Shown: positions 1-15,000 of the stretch, in pieces
Layout of the letters: each line of letters opens with the position of its first letter
How positions within the stretch are numbered: the first letter of the stretch is position 1
Assembly (NCBI GenBank): GCA_964016885.1
Contig: OZ024740.1
Coordinates: forward strand, 20,584,001 to 20,648,000
Source: Eledone cirrhosa
Taxonomy: Eukaryota
Direction of reading: 5' to 3'
Length of the DNA: 64,000 nucleotides
Translations under genes and position numbers: made by a program
The notes under the pieces: generated by a model
What the model saw: the letters and a program-made list of their open reading frames with translations, nothing else
Database searches by the model: none
Told to the model about the DNA's origin: nothing

Positions 1-3000
1 ACTGGCCGCTGATCTCTGTCATGTGAGGTATTGTTGTCCATCACTGTCATTGATTGCTGACCACTGGTCGCTGATCTCTGTCATGTGAGGTATTGTTGTC
101 CATCACTGTCATTGACTGCTGACCACTGGTCGCTGATCTCTGTCATGTGAGGTAATGTTGTCCATCACTGTCATTGACTGCTGACCACTGGTCGCTGATC
201 TCTGTCATGTGAGGTATTGTTGTCCATCACTCTCATTGACTGCTGACCACTGGTCGCTGATCTCTGTCATGTGAGGTAGTGTTGTCCATCACTGTCATTG
301 ACTGCTGACCACTGGTCGCTGATCTCTGTCATGTGAGGTATTGTTGTCCATCACTGTCATTGACTGCTGACCACTGGCCGCTGATCTCTGTCATGTGAGG
401 TATTGTTGTTCATCACTGTCATTGACTGCTGACCACTGGCCGCTGATCTCTGTCATGTGAGGTATTGTTGTCCATCACTGTCATTGACTGCTGACCACTG
501 GTCGCTGATCTCTGTCATGTGAGGTAATGTTGTCCATCACTGTCATTGACTGCTGACCACTGGCCGCTGATCTCTGTCATGTGAGGTATTGTTGTCCATC
601 ACTGTCATTGATTGCTGACCACTGGTCGCTGATCTCTGTCATGTGAGGTATTGTTGTCCATCACTGTCATTGACTGCTGACCACTGGTCGCTGATCTCTG
701 TCATGTGAGGTAATGTTGTCCATCACTGTCATTGACTGCTGACCACTGGCCGCTGATCTCTGTCATGTGAGGTATTGTTGTCCATCACTGTCATTGACTG
801 CTGACCACTGGTCGCTGATCTCTGTCATGTGAGGTAATGTTGTCCATCACTGTCATTGACTTCTGACCACTGGTCGCTGATCTCTGTCATGTGAGGTAAT
901 GTTGTCCATCACTGTCATTGACTGCTGACCACTGGCCGCTGATCAAAGTCATGTGAGATATTGCTGTCCATCACTGTCATTGACTGCTGACCACTGGCCG
1001 CTGATCTCTGTCATGTGAGGTATTGTTGTCCATCACTGTCATTGACTGCTGACCACTGGTCGCTGATCTCTGTCATGTGAGGTATTGTTGTCCATCACTG
1101 TCATTGACTGCTGACCACTGGTCGCTGATCTCTGTCATGTGAGGTATTGTTGTGCATCACTGTGATTGACTGCTGACCACTGGTCGCTGATCTCTGTCAT
1201 GTGAAGTAATGTTGTCCATCACTGTCATCCACTGCTGACCACTGGCCGCTGATCTCTGTCATGTGAGGTATTGTTGTCCATCACTGTCATTGACTGCTGA
1301 CCACTGGTCGCTGATCTCTGTCATGTGAGGTATTGTTGTCCATCACTGTCATTGACTGCTGACCACTGGTCGCTGATCTCTGTCATGTGAGGTAATGTTG
1401 TCCATCACTGTCATTGACTGCTGACCACTGGTCGCTGATCTCTGTCATGTGAGGTAATGTTGTCCATCACTGTCATTGACTGCTGACCACTGGCCGCTGA
1501 TCTCTGTCATGTGAGGTATTGTTGTCCATCACTGTCATTGACTGCTGACCACTGGTCGCTGATCTCTGTCATGTGAGGTAATGTTGTCCATCACTGTCAT
1601 TGACTTCTGACCACTGGTCGCTGATCTCTGTCATGTGAGGTAATGTTGTCCATCACTGTCATTGACTGCTGACCACTGGCCGCTGATCTCTGTCATGTGA
1701 GGTATTGTTGTCCATCACTGTCATTGACTGCTGACGACTGGCCGCTGATCAAAGTCATGTGAGATATTGCTGTCCATCACTGTCATTGACTGCTGACCAC
1801 TGGCCGCTGATCTCTGTCATGTGAGGTATTGTTGTCCATCACTGTCATTGACTGCTGACCACTGGTCGCTGATCTCTGTCATGTGAGGTATTGTTGTCCA
1901 TCACTGTCATTGACTGCTGACCACTGGTCGCTGATCTCTGTCATGTGAGGTATTGTTGTGCATCACTATGATTGACTGCTGACCACTGGTCGCTGATCTC
2001 TGTCATGTGAGGTAATGTTGTCCATCACTGTCATCGACTGCTGACCACTGGCCGCTGATCTCTGTCATGTGAGGTATTGTTGTCCATCACTGTCATTGAC
2101 TGCTGACCACTGGCCGCTGATCTCTGTCATGTGAGGTATTGTTGTCCATCACTCTCATTGACTGCTGATCACTGGTCGCTGATCTCTGTCATGTGAGGTA
2201 ATGTTGTTCATCATTGTCATTGACTGCTGACCACTGGTTGCTGATCTCTGTCATGTGAGGTATTGTTGTCCATCACTGTCATTGACTGCTGACCACTGGT
2301 CGCTGATCTCTGTCACGTGAGGTAATGTTGTCCATCACTGTGATTGACTGCTGACCACTGGTCGCTGATCTCTGTCATGTGAGGTAGTGTTGTCCATCAC
2401 TGTCATTGACTGCTGACCACTGGTCGCTGATCTCTGTCATGTGAGGTATTGTTGTCCATCACTGTCATTGACTGCTGACCACTGGCCGCTGATCTCTGTC
2501 ATGTGAGGTATTGTTGTTCATCACTGTCATTGACTGCTGACCACTGGCCGCTGATCTCTGTCATGTGAGGTATTGTTGTCCATCACTGTCATTGACTGCT
2601 GACCACTGGTCGCTGATCTCTGTCATGTGAGGTATTGTTGTCCATCACTGTCATTGACTGCTGACCACTGGCCGCTGATCTCTGTCATGTGAGGTATTGT
2701 TGTCCATCACTGTCATTGACTGCTGACCACTGGTCGCTGATCTCTGTCATGTGAGGTAATGTTGTCCATCACTGTCATTGACTGCTGACCACTGGCCGCT
2801 GATCTCTGTCATGTGAGGTATTGTTGTCCATCACTGTCATTGATTGCTGACCACTGGTCGCTGATCTCTGTCATGTGAGGTATTGTTGTCCATCACTGTC
2901 ATTGACTGCTGACCACTGGTCGCTGATCTCTGTCATGTGAGGTAATGTTGTCCATCACTGTCATTGACTGCTGACCACTGGTCGCTGATCTCTGTCATGT

Positions 3001-6000
3001 GAGGTATTGTTGTCCATCACTCTCATTGACTGCTGACCACTGGTCGCTGATCTCTGTCATGTGAGGTAATGTTGTCCATCACTGTCATTGACTGCTGACC
3101 ACTGGTCGCTGAACTCTCTCATGTGAGGTAATGTTGTCCATCACTGTCATTGACTGCTGACCACTGGTCGCTGATCTCTGTCATGTGAGGTAATGTTGTC
3201 CATCACTGTCATTGACTGCTGACCACTGGTCGCTGATCTCTGTCATGTGAGGTATTGTTGTCCATCACTGTCATTGACTGCTGACCACTGGTCGCTGATC
3301 TCTGTCAAGTGAGGTATAGTTGTCCATCACTGTCATTGACTGCTGACCACTGGTCGCTGATCTCTGTCATGTGAGGTATTGTTGTCCATCACTGACATTG
3401 ACTGCTGACCACTGGTCGCTGATCTCTGTCATGTGAGGTATTGGTGTCCATCACTGTCATTGACTGCTGACCACTGGCCGCTGATCTCTGTCATGTGAGG
3501 TATTGTTGTCCATCACTGTCATTGACTGCTGACCACTGGTCGCTGATCTCTGTCATGTGAGGTATTGTTGTCCATCACTGTCATTGACTGCTGACCACTG
3601 GCCGCTGATCTCTGTCGTGTGAGGTATTGTTGTCCATCACTGTCATTGACTGCTGACCACTGGTCGCTGATCTCTGTCATGTGAGGTAATGTTGTCCATC
3701 ACTGTCATTGACTGCTGACCACTGGCCGCTGATCTCTGTCATGTGAGGTATTGTTGTCCATCACTGTCATTGACTGCTGACCACTGGTCGCAGATCTCTG
3801 TCATGTGAGGTATTTTTGTCCATCACTGTCATTGACTGCTGACCACTGGTCGCTGATCTCTGTCATGTGAGGTAATGTTGTCCATCACTGTCATTGACTG
3901 CTGACCACTGGTCGCTGATCTCTGTCATGTGAGGTATTGTTGTCCATTACTCTCATTGACTGCTGACCACTGGTCGCTGATCTCTGTCATGTGAGGTATT
4001 GTTGTCCATCACTGTCATTGACTGCTGACCACTGGTCGCTGATCTCTGTCATGTGAGGTATTGTTGTCCATCACTGTCATTGACTGCTGACCACTGGTCG
4101 CTGATCTCTGTCATGTGAGGTATTGTTGTCCATCACTGTCATTGACTGCTGACCACTGGTCGCAGATCTCTGTCATGTGAGGTATTTTTGTCCATCACTG
4201 TCATTGACTGCTGACCACTGGTCGCTGATCTCTGTCATGTGAGGTAATGTTGTCCATCACTGTCATTGACTGCTGACCACTGGTCGCTGATCTCTGTCAT
4301 GTGAAGTAATGTTGTCCATCACTGTCATTGACTGCTGACCGCTGGTCGCTGATCTCTGTCATGTGAGGTATTGTTGTCCATTACTCTCATTGACTGCTGA
4401 CCACTGGTCGCTGATCTCTGTCATGTGAGGTATTGTTGTCCATCACTGTCATTGACTGCTGACCACTGGTCGCTGATCTCTATCATGTGAGGTATTTTTG
4501 TCCATCACTGTCATTGACTGCTGACCACTGGTCGCTGATCTCTGTCATGTGAGGTATTGTTGTCCATCACTGTCATTGACTGCTGACCACTGGTCGCAGA
4601 TCTCTGTCATGTGAGGTATTTTTGTCCATCACTGTCATTGACTGCTGACCACTGGTCGCTGATCTCTGTCATGTGAGGTATTGTTGTCCATCACTGTCAT
4701 TGACTGCTGACCACTGGTCGCTGATCTCTGTCATGTGAGGTAATGTTGTCCATCACTGTCATTGACTGCTGACCACTGGTCGCTGATCTCTTTCATGTGA
4801 GGTATTGTTGTCCATCACTGTCATTGACTGCTGACCACTGGCCGCTGATCTCTGTCATGTGAGGTATTGTTGTCCATCACTGTCATTGACTGCTGACCAC
4901 TGGCCGCTGATATCTGTCATGTGAGGTATTGTTGTCCATCACTGTCATTGACTGCTGACCACTGGTCGCTGATCTCTGTCATGTGAGGTAATGTTGTCCA
5001 ACACTGTCATTGACTGCTGACCACTGGTCGCTGATCTCTGTCATGTGAGGTAATGTTGTCCATCACTGTCATTGACTGCTGACCACTGGTCGCTGATCTC
5101 TGTCATGTGAGGTATTGTTGTCCATCACTGTCATTGACTGCTGACCACTGGTCGCTGATCTCTGTCATGTGAGGTATTGTTGTCCATCACTGTCATTGAC
5201 TGCTGACCACTGGCCGCTGATCTCTGTCATGTGAGGTATTGTTGTCCATCACTGTCATTGACTGCTGACCACTTGTTGCTGATCTCTGTCATGTGATTTA
5301 TTGTTGTCCATCACTGTCATTGACTGCTGACCACTGGTCGCTGATCTCTGTCATGTGAGGTATTGTTGTCCATCACTGTCATTGACTGCTGACCACTGGT
5401 CGCTGATCTCTGTCATGTGAGGTATTGTTGTCCATCACTGTCATTGACTGCTGACCACTGGTCGCTGATCTCTGTCATGTGAGGTATTGTTGTCCATCAT
5501 TGTCATTGACTTCTGACCACTGGTCGCTGATCTCTGTCATGTGAGGTAATGTTGTCCATCACTGTCATTGACTGCTGACCACTGGTCGCTGATCTCTGTC
5601 ATGCGAGGTATTTTTGTCCATCATTGTCATTGACTGCTGACCACTGGTCGCTGATCTCTGTCATGTGAGGTATTGTTGTCCATCACTGTCATTGACTGCT
5701 GACCACTGGTCGCTGATCTCTGTCATGTGAGGTAATGTTGTCCATCACTGTCATTGACTGCTGACCACTGGCCGCTGATCTCTGTCATGTGAGGTATTGT
5801 TGTCCATCACTGTCATTGACTGCTGACCACTGGTCGCTGATCTCTGTCATGTGAGGTAATGTTGTCCATCACTGTCATTGACTTCTGACCACTGGTCGCT
5901 GATCTCTGTCATGTGAGGTAATGTTGTCCATCACTGTCATTGACTGCTGACCACTGGCCGCTGATCTCTGTCATGTGAGGTATTGTTGTCCATCACTGTC

Positions 6001-9000
6001 ATTGACTGCTGACGACTGGCCGCTGATCAAAGTCATGTGAGGTATTGTTGTCCATCACTGTCATTGACTGCTGACCACTGGTCGCTGATCTCTGTCATGT
6101 GAGGTATTGTTGTCCATCACTGTCATTGACTGCTGACCACTGGTCGCTGATCTCTGTCATGTGAGGTATTGTTGTGCATCACTGTGATTGACTGCTCACC
6201 ACTGGTCGCTGATCTCTGTCATGTGAAGTAATGTTGTCCATCACTGTCATCGACTGCTGACCACTGGCCGCTGATCTCTGTCATGTGAGGTATTGTTGTC
6301 CATCACTGTCATTGACTGCTGACCACTGGCCGCTGATCTCTGTCATGTGAGGTATTGTTGTCCATCACTCTCATTGACTGCTGATCACTTGTCGCTGATC
6401 TCTGTCATGTGAGGTAATGTTGTTCATCACTGTCATTGACTGCTGACCACTGGTCGCTGATCTCTGTCATGTGAGGTAATGTTGTCCATCACTGTCATTG
6501 ACTGCTGACCACTGGCCGCTGATCTCTGTCATGTGAGGTATTGTTGTCCATCACTGTCATTGACTGCTGACCACTGGTCGCTGATCTCTGTCATGTGAGG
6601 TATTGTTGTCCATCACTGTCATTGACTGCTGACCACTGGTCGCTGATCTCTGTCATGTGAGGTAATGTTGTCCATCACTGTCATTGACTGCTGACCACTG
6701 GTCGCTGATCTCTGTCATGTGAGGTAATGTTGTCCATCACTGTCATTGACTGCTGACCACTGGCCGCTGATCTCTGTCATGTGAGGTATTGTTGTCCATC
6801 ACTGTCATTGACTGCTGACCACTGGTCGCTGATCTCTGTCATGTGAGGTAATGTTGTCCATCACTGTCATTGACTTCTGACCACTGGTCGCTGATCTCTG
6901 TCATGTGAGGTAATGTTGTCCATCACTGTCATTGACTGCTGACCACTGGCCGCTGATCTCTGTCATGTGAGGTATTGTTGTCCATCACTGTCATTGACTG
7001 CTGACGACTGGCCGCTGATCAAAGTCATGTGAGATATTGCTGTCCATCACTGTCATTGACTGCTGACCACTGGCCGCTGATCTCTGTCATGTGAGGTATT
7101 GTTGTCCATCACTGTCATTGACTGCTGACCACTGGTCGCTGATCTCTGTCATGTGAGGTATTGTTGTCCATCACTGTCATTGACTGCTGACCACTGGTCG
7201 CTGATCTCTGTCATGTGAGGTATTGTTGTGCATCACTATGATTGACTGCTGACCACTGGTCGCTGATCTCTGTCATGTGAGGTAATGTTGTCCATCACTG
7301 TCATCGACTGCTGACCACTGGCCGCTGATCTCTGTCATGTGAGGTATTGTTGTCCATCACTGTCATTGACTGCTGACCACTGGCCGCTGATCTCTGTCAT
7401 GTGAGGTATTGTTGTCCATCACTCTCATTGACTGCTGATCACTGGTCGCTGATCTCTGTCATGTGAGGTAATGTTGTTCATCATTGTCATTGACTGCTGA
7501 CCACTGGTTGCTGATCTCTGTCATGTGAGGTATTGTTGTCCATCACTGTCATTGACTGCTGACCACTGGTCGCTGATCTCTGTCACGTGAGGTAATGTTG
7601 TCCATCACTGTGATTGACTGCTGACCACTGGTCGCTGATCTCTGTCATGTGAGGTAGTGTTGTCCATCACTGTCATTGACTGCTGACCACTGGTCGCTGA
7701 TCTCTGTCATGTGAGGTATTGTTGTCCATCACTGTCATTGACTGCTGACCACTGGCCGCTGATCTCTGTCATGTGAGGTATTGTTGTTCATCACTGTCAT
7801 TGACTGCTGACCACTGGCCGCTGATCTCTGTCATGTGAGGTATTGTTGTCCATCACTGTCATTGACTGCTGACCACTGGTCGCTGATCTCTGTCATGTGA
7901 GGTATTGTTGTCCATCACTGTCATTGACTGCTGACCACTGGCCGCTGATCTCTGTCATGTGAGGTATTGTTGTCCATCACTGTCATTGACTGCTGACCAC
8001 TGGTCGCTGATCTCTGTCATGTGAGGTAATGTTGTCCATCACTGTCATTGACTGCTGACCACTGGCCGCTGATCTCTGTCATGTGAGGTATTGTTGTCCA
8101 TCACTGTCATTGATTGCTGACCACTGGTCGCTGATCTCTGTCATGTGAGGTATTGTTGTCCATCACTGTCATTGACTGCTGACCACTGGTCGCTGATCTC
8201 TGTCATGTGAGGTAATGTTGTCCATCACTGTCATTGACTGCTGACCACTGGTCGCTGATCTCTGTCATGTGAGGTAATGTTGTCCATCACTGTCATTGAC
8301 TGCTGACCACTGGTCGCTGACCTCTGTCATGTGAGGTATTGTTGTCCATCACTGTCATTGACTGCTGACCACTGGTCGCTGATCTCTGTCAAGTGAGGTA
8401 TAGTTGTCCATCACTGTCATTGACTGCTGACCACTGGTCGCTGATCTCTGTCATGTGAGGTATTGTTGTCCATCACTGACATTGACTGCTGACCACTGGT
8501 CGCTGATCTCTGTCATGTGAGGTATTGGTGTCCATCACTGTCATTGACTGCTGACCACTGGCCGCTGATCTCTGTCATGTGAGGTATTGTTGTCCATCAC
8601 TGTCATTGACTGCTGACCACTGGTCGCTGATCTCTGTCATGTGAGGTATTGTTGTCCATCACTGTCATTGACTGCTGACCACTGGCCGCTGATCTCTGTC
8701 GTGTGAGGTATTGTTGTCCATCACTGTCATTGACTGCTGACCACTGGTCGCTGATCTCTGTCATGTGAGGTAATGTTGTCCATCACTGTCATTGACTGCT
8801 GACCACTGGCCGCTGATCTCTGTCATGTGAGGTATTGTTGTCCATCACTGTCATTGACTGCTGACCACTGGTCGCAGATCTCTGTCATGTGAGGTATTTT
8901 TGTCCATCACTGTCATTGACTGCTGACCACTGGTCGCTGATCTCTGTCATGTGAGGTAATGTTGTCCATCACTGTCATTGACTGCTGACCACTGGTCGCT

Positions 9001-12000
9001 GATCTCTGTCATGTGAGGTATTGTTGTCCATTACTCTCATTGACTGCTGACCACTGGTCGCTGATCTCTGTCATGTGAGGTATTGTTGTCCATCACTGTC
9101 ATTGACTGCTGACCACTGGTCGCTGATCTCTGTCATGTGAGGTATTGTTGTCCATCACTGTCATTGACTGCTGACCACTGGTCGCTGATCTCTGTCATGT
9201 GAGGTATTGTTGTCCATCACTGTCATTGACTGCTGACCACTGGTCGCAGATCTCTGTCATGTGAGGTATTTTTGTCCATCACTGTCATTGACTGCTGACC
9301 ACTGGTCGCTGATCTCTGTCATGTGAGGTAATGTTGTCCATCACTGTCATTGACTGCTGACCACTGGTCGCTGATCTCTGTCATGTGAAGTAATGTTGTC
9401 CATCACTGTCATTGACTGCTGACCGCTGGTCGCTGATCTCTGTCATGTGAGGTATTGTTGTCCATTACTCTCATTGACTGCTGACCACTGGTCGCTGATC
9501 TCTGTCATGTGAGGTATTGTTGTCCATCACTGTCATTGACTGCTGACCACTGGTCGCTGATCTCTATCATGTGAGGTATTTTTGTCCATCACTGTCATTG
9601 ACTGCTGACCACTGGTCGCTGATCTCTGTCATGTGAGGTATTGTTGTCCATCACTGTCATTGACTGCTGACCACTGGTCGCAGATCTCTGTCATGTGAGG
9701 TATTTTTGTCCATCACTGTCATTGACTGCTGACCACTGGTCGCTGATCTCTGTCATGTGAGGTATTGTTGTCCATCACTGTCATTGACTGCTGACCACTG
9801 GTCGCTGATCTCTGTCATGTGAGGTAATGTTGTCCATCACTGTCATTGACTGCTGACCACTGGTCGCTGATCTCTTTCATGTGAGGTATTGTTGTCCATC
9901 ACTGTCATTGACTGCTGACCACTGGCCGCTGATCTCTGTCATGTGAGGTATTGTTGTCCATCACTGTCATTGACTGCTGACCACTGGCCGCTGATATCTG
10001 TCATGTGAGGTATTGTTGTCCATCACTGTCATTGACTGCTGACCACTGGTCGCTGATCTCTGTCATGTGAGGTAATGTTGTCCAACACTGTCATTGACTG
10101 CTGACCACTGGTCGCTGATCTCTGTCATGTGAGGTAATGTTGTCCATCACTGTCATTGACTGCTGACCACTGGTCGCTGATCTCTGTCATGTGAGGTATT
10201 GTTGTCCATCACTGTCATTGACTGCTGACCACTGGTCGCTGATCTCTGTCATGTGAGGTATTGTTGTCCATCACTGTCATTGACTGCTGACCACTGGCCG
10301 CTGATCTCTGTCATGTGAGGTATTGTTGTCCATCACTGTCATTGACTGCTGACCACTGGCCGCTGATCTCTGTCATGTGAGGTATTGTTGTCCATCACTG
10401 TCATTGACTGCTGACCACTTGTTGCTGATCTCTGTCATGTGATTTATTGTTGTCCATCACTGTCATTGACTGCTGACCACTGGTCGCTGATCTCTGTCAT
10501 GTGAGGTATTGTTGTCCATCACTGTCATTGACTGCTGACCACTGGTCGCTGATCTCTGTCATGTGAGGTATTGTTGTCCATCACTGTCATTGACTGCTGA
10601 CCACTGGTCGCTGATCTCTGTCATGTGAGGTATTGTTGTCCATCATTGTCATTGACTTCTGACCACTGGTCGCTGATCTCTGTCATGTGAGGTAATGTTG
10701 TCCATCACTGTCATTGACTGCTGACCACTGGTCGCTGATCTCTGTCATGCGAGGTATTTTTGTCCATCATTGTCATTGACTGCTGACCACTGGTCGCTGA
10801 TCTCTGTCATGTGAGGTATTGTTGTCCATCACTGTCATTGACTGCTGACCACTGGTCGCTGATCTCTGTCATGTGAGGTATTGTTGTCCATCACTGTCAT
10901 TGACGTCTGACCACTGGTCGCTGATCTCTGTCATGTGAGGTAATGTTGTCCATCACTGTCATTGACTGCTGACCACTGGCCGCTGATCTCAGTCATGTGA
11001 GATATTGTTGTCCATCACTGTCATTGACTGCTGACCACTGGTCGCTGATCTTGTCATGTGAGGTATTGTTGTCCATCACTGTCATTGACTGCTGACCACT
11101 GGTCGCTGATCTCTGTCATGTGAGGTAATGTTGTCCATCACTGTCATTGACTGCTGACCACTGGTCGCTGATCTCTGTCATGCGAGGTATTTTTGTCCAT
11201 CATTGTCATTGACTGCTGACCACTGGTCGCTGATCTCTGTCATGTGAGGTATTGTTGTCCATCACTGTCACTGACTGCTGACCACTGGTCGCTGATCTCT
11301 GTCATGTGAGGTATTGTTGTCCATCACTGTCATTGACTTCTGACCACTGGTCGCTGATCTCTGTCATGTGAGGTAATGTTGTCCATCACTGTCATTGACT
11401 GCTGACCACTGGTCGCTGATCTCTTTCATGTGAGGTATTGTTGTCCATCACTCTCATTGACTGCTGACCACTGGTCGCTGATCTCTGTCATGTGAGGTAT
11501 TGTTGTCCATCACTGTCATTGACTTCTGACCACTGGTCGCTGATCTCTGTCATGTGAGGTAATGTTGTCCATCACTGTCATTGACTGCTGACCACTGGCC
11601 GCTGATCTCTGTCATGTGAGGTATTGTTGTCCATCACTGTCATTGACTGCTGACGACTGGCCGCTGATCTCAGTCATGTGAGATATTGTTGTCCATCACT
11701 GTCATTGACTGCTGACCACTGGCCGCTGATCTCTGTCATGTGAGGTATTGTTGTCCATCACTGTCATTGACTGCTGACCACTGGTCGCTGATCTCTGTCA
11801 TGTGAGGTATTGTTGTCCATCACTGTGATTGACTGCTGACCACTGGTCGCTGATCTCTGTCATGTGAGGTAATGTTGTGCATCACTGTCATCGACTGCTG
11901 ACCACTGGCCGCTGATCTCTGTCATGTGAGGTATTGTTGTCCATCACTGTCATTGACTGCTGACCACTGGCCGCTGATCTCTGTCATGTGAGGTATTGTT

Positions 12001-15000
12001 GTCCATCACTCTCATTGACTGCTGATCACTGGTCGCTTATCTTTGTCATGTGAGGTAATGTTGTCCATCACTGTCATTGACTGCTGACCACTGGTCGCTG
12101 ATCTCTGTCATGTGAGGTATTGTTGTCAATCACTGTCATTGACTGCTGACCACTGGTTGCTGATCTCTGTCATGTGAGGTAATGTTGTCCATCACTGTGA
12201 TTGACTGCTGACCACTGGTCGCTGATCTCTGTCATGTGAGGTATTGTTGTCCATCACTGTGACTGACTGCTGACCACTGGTCGCTGATCTCTGTCATGTG
12301 AGGTATTGTTGTCCATCACTGTCATTGACTGCTGACCACTGGTCGCTGATCTCTGTCATGTGAGGTATTGTTGTCCATCACTGTCATTGACTGCTGACCA
12401 CTGGTCGCTGATCTCTGTCATGTGAGGTATTGTTGTCCATCACTGTGATTGACTGCTGACCACTGGTCGCTGATCTCTGTCATGGGAGGTAATGTTGTCC
12501 ATCACTGTCATCGACTGCTGACCACTGGCCGCTGATCTCTGTCATATGAGGTATTGTTGTCCATCACTGTCATTGACTGCTGACCACTGGCCGCTGATCT
12601 CTGTCATGTGAGGTATTGTTGTCCATCACACTCATTGACTGCTGATCACTGGTCGCTGATCTCTGTCATGTGATGTAATGTTGTCCATCACTGTCATTGA
12701 CTGCTGACCACTGGTCGCTGATCTCTGTCATGTGAGGTATTGTTGTCCATCACTGTCATTGACTGCTGACCACTGGTCGCTGATCTCTGTCATGTGAGGT
12801 AATGTTGTCCATCACTGTGATTGACTGCTGACCACTGGTTGCTGATCTCTGTCATGTGAGGTAGTGTTGTCCATCACTGTCATTGACTGCTGACCACTGG
12901 TCGCTGATCTCTGTCATGTGAGGTATTGTTGTCCATCACTGTCATTGACTGCTGACCACTGGCCGCTGATCTCTGTCATGTGAGGTATTGTTGTTCATCA
13001 CTGTCATTGACTGCTGACCACTGGCCGCTGATCTCTGTCATGTGAGGTATTGTTGTCCATCACTGTCATTGACTGCTGACCACTGGTCGCTGATCTCTGT
13101 CATGTGAGGTATTGTTGTCCATCACTGTCATTGACTGCTGACCACTGGCCGCTGATCTCTGTCATGTGAGGTATTGTTGTCCATCACTGTCATTGACTGC
13201 TGACCACTGGTCGCTGATCTCTGTCATGTGAGGTAATGTTGTCCATCACTGTCATTGACTGCTGACCACTGGTCGCTGATCTCTGTCATGTGAGGTAATG
13301 TTGTCCATCACTGTCATTGACTGCTGACCACTGGCCGCTGATCTCTGTCATGTGAGGTATTGTTGTCCATCACTGTCATTGATTGCTGATCACTGGTCGC
13401 TGATCTCTGTCATGTGAGGTATTGTTGTCCATCACTGTCATTGACTGCTGACCACTGGTCGCTGATCTCTGTCATGTGAGGTAATGTTGTCCATCACTGT
13501 CATTGACTGCTGACCACTGGTCGCTGATCTCTGTCATGTGAGGTATTGTTGTCCATCACTCTCATTGACTGCTGACCACTGGTCGCTGATCTCTGTCATG
13601 TGAGGTAGTGTTGTCCATCACTGTCATTGACTGCTGACCACTGGTCGCTGATCTCTGTCATGTGAGGTATTGTTGTCCATCACTGTCATTGACTGCTGAC
13701 CACTGGCCGCTGATCTCTGTCATGTGAGGTATTGTTGTTCATCACTGTCATTGACTGCTGACCACTGGCCGCTGATCTCTGTCATGTGAGGTATTGTTGT
13801 CCATCACTGTCATTGACTGCTGACCACTGGTCGCTGATCTCTGTCATGTGAGGTAATGTTGTCCATCACTGTCATTGACTGCTGACCACTGGCCGCTGAT
13901 CTCTGTCATGTGAGGTATTGTTGTCCATCACTGTCATTGATTGCTGACCACTGGTCGCTGATCTCTGTCATGTGAGGTAATGTTGTCCATCACTGTCATT
14001 GACTGCTGACCACTGGCCGCTGATCTCTGTCATGTGAGGTATTGTTGTCCATCACTGTCATTGACTGCTGACGACTGGCCGCTGATCAAAGTCATGTGAG
14101 ATATTGCTGTCCATCACTGTCATTGACTGCTGACCACTGGCCGCTGATCTCTGTCATGTGAGGTATTGTTGTCCATCACTGTCATTGACTGCTGACCACT
14201 GGTCGCTGATCTCTGTCATGTGAGGTATTGTTGTCCATCACTGTCATTGACTGCTGACCACTGGTCGCTGATCTCTGTCATGTGAGGTATTGTTGTGCAT
14301 CACTGTGATTGACTGCTGACCACTGGTCGCTGATCTCTGTCATGTGAGGTAATGTTGTCCATCACTGTCATTGACTGCTGACCACTGGCCGCTGATCTCT
14401 GTCATGTGAGGTATTGTTGTCCATCACTGTCATTGACTGCTGACGACTGGCCGCTGATCTCAGTCATGTGAGATATTGTTGTCCATCACTGTCATTGACT
14501 GCTGACCACTGGCCGCTGATCTCTGTCATGTGAGGTATTGTTGTCCATCACTCTCATTGACTGCTGATCACTGGTCGCTGATCTCTGTCATGTGAGGTAA
14601 TGTTGTCCATCACTGTCATTGACTGCTGACCACTGGTCGCTGATCTCTGTCATGTGAGGTATTGTTGTCCATCACTGTCATTGACTGCTGACCACTGGTC
14701 GCTGATCTCTTTCATGTGAGGTAATGTTGTCCATCACTGTGATTGACTGCTGACCACTGGTCGCTGATCTCTGTCATGTGAGGTATTGTTGTCCATCACT
14801 GTGACTGACTGCTGACCACTGGTCGCTGATCTCTGTCATGTGAGGTATTGTTGTCCATCACTGTCATTGACTGCTGACCACTGGTCGCTGATCTCTGTCA
14901 TGTGAGGTATTGTTGTCCATCACTGTCATTGACTGCTGACCACTGGTCGCTGATCTCTGTCATGTGAGGTATTGTTGTCCATCACTGTGATTGACTGCTG

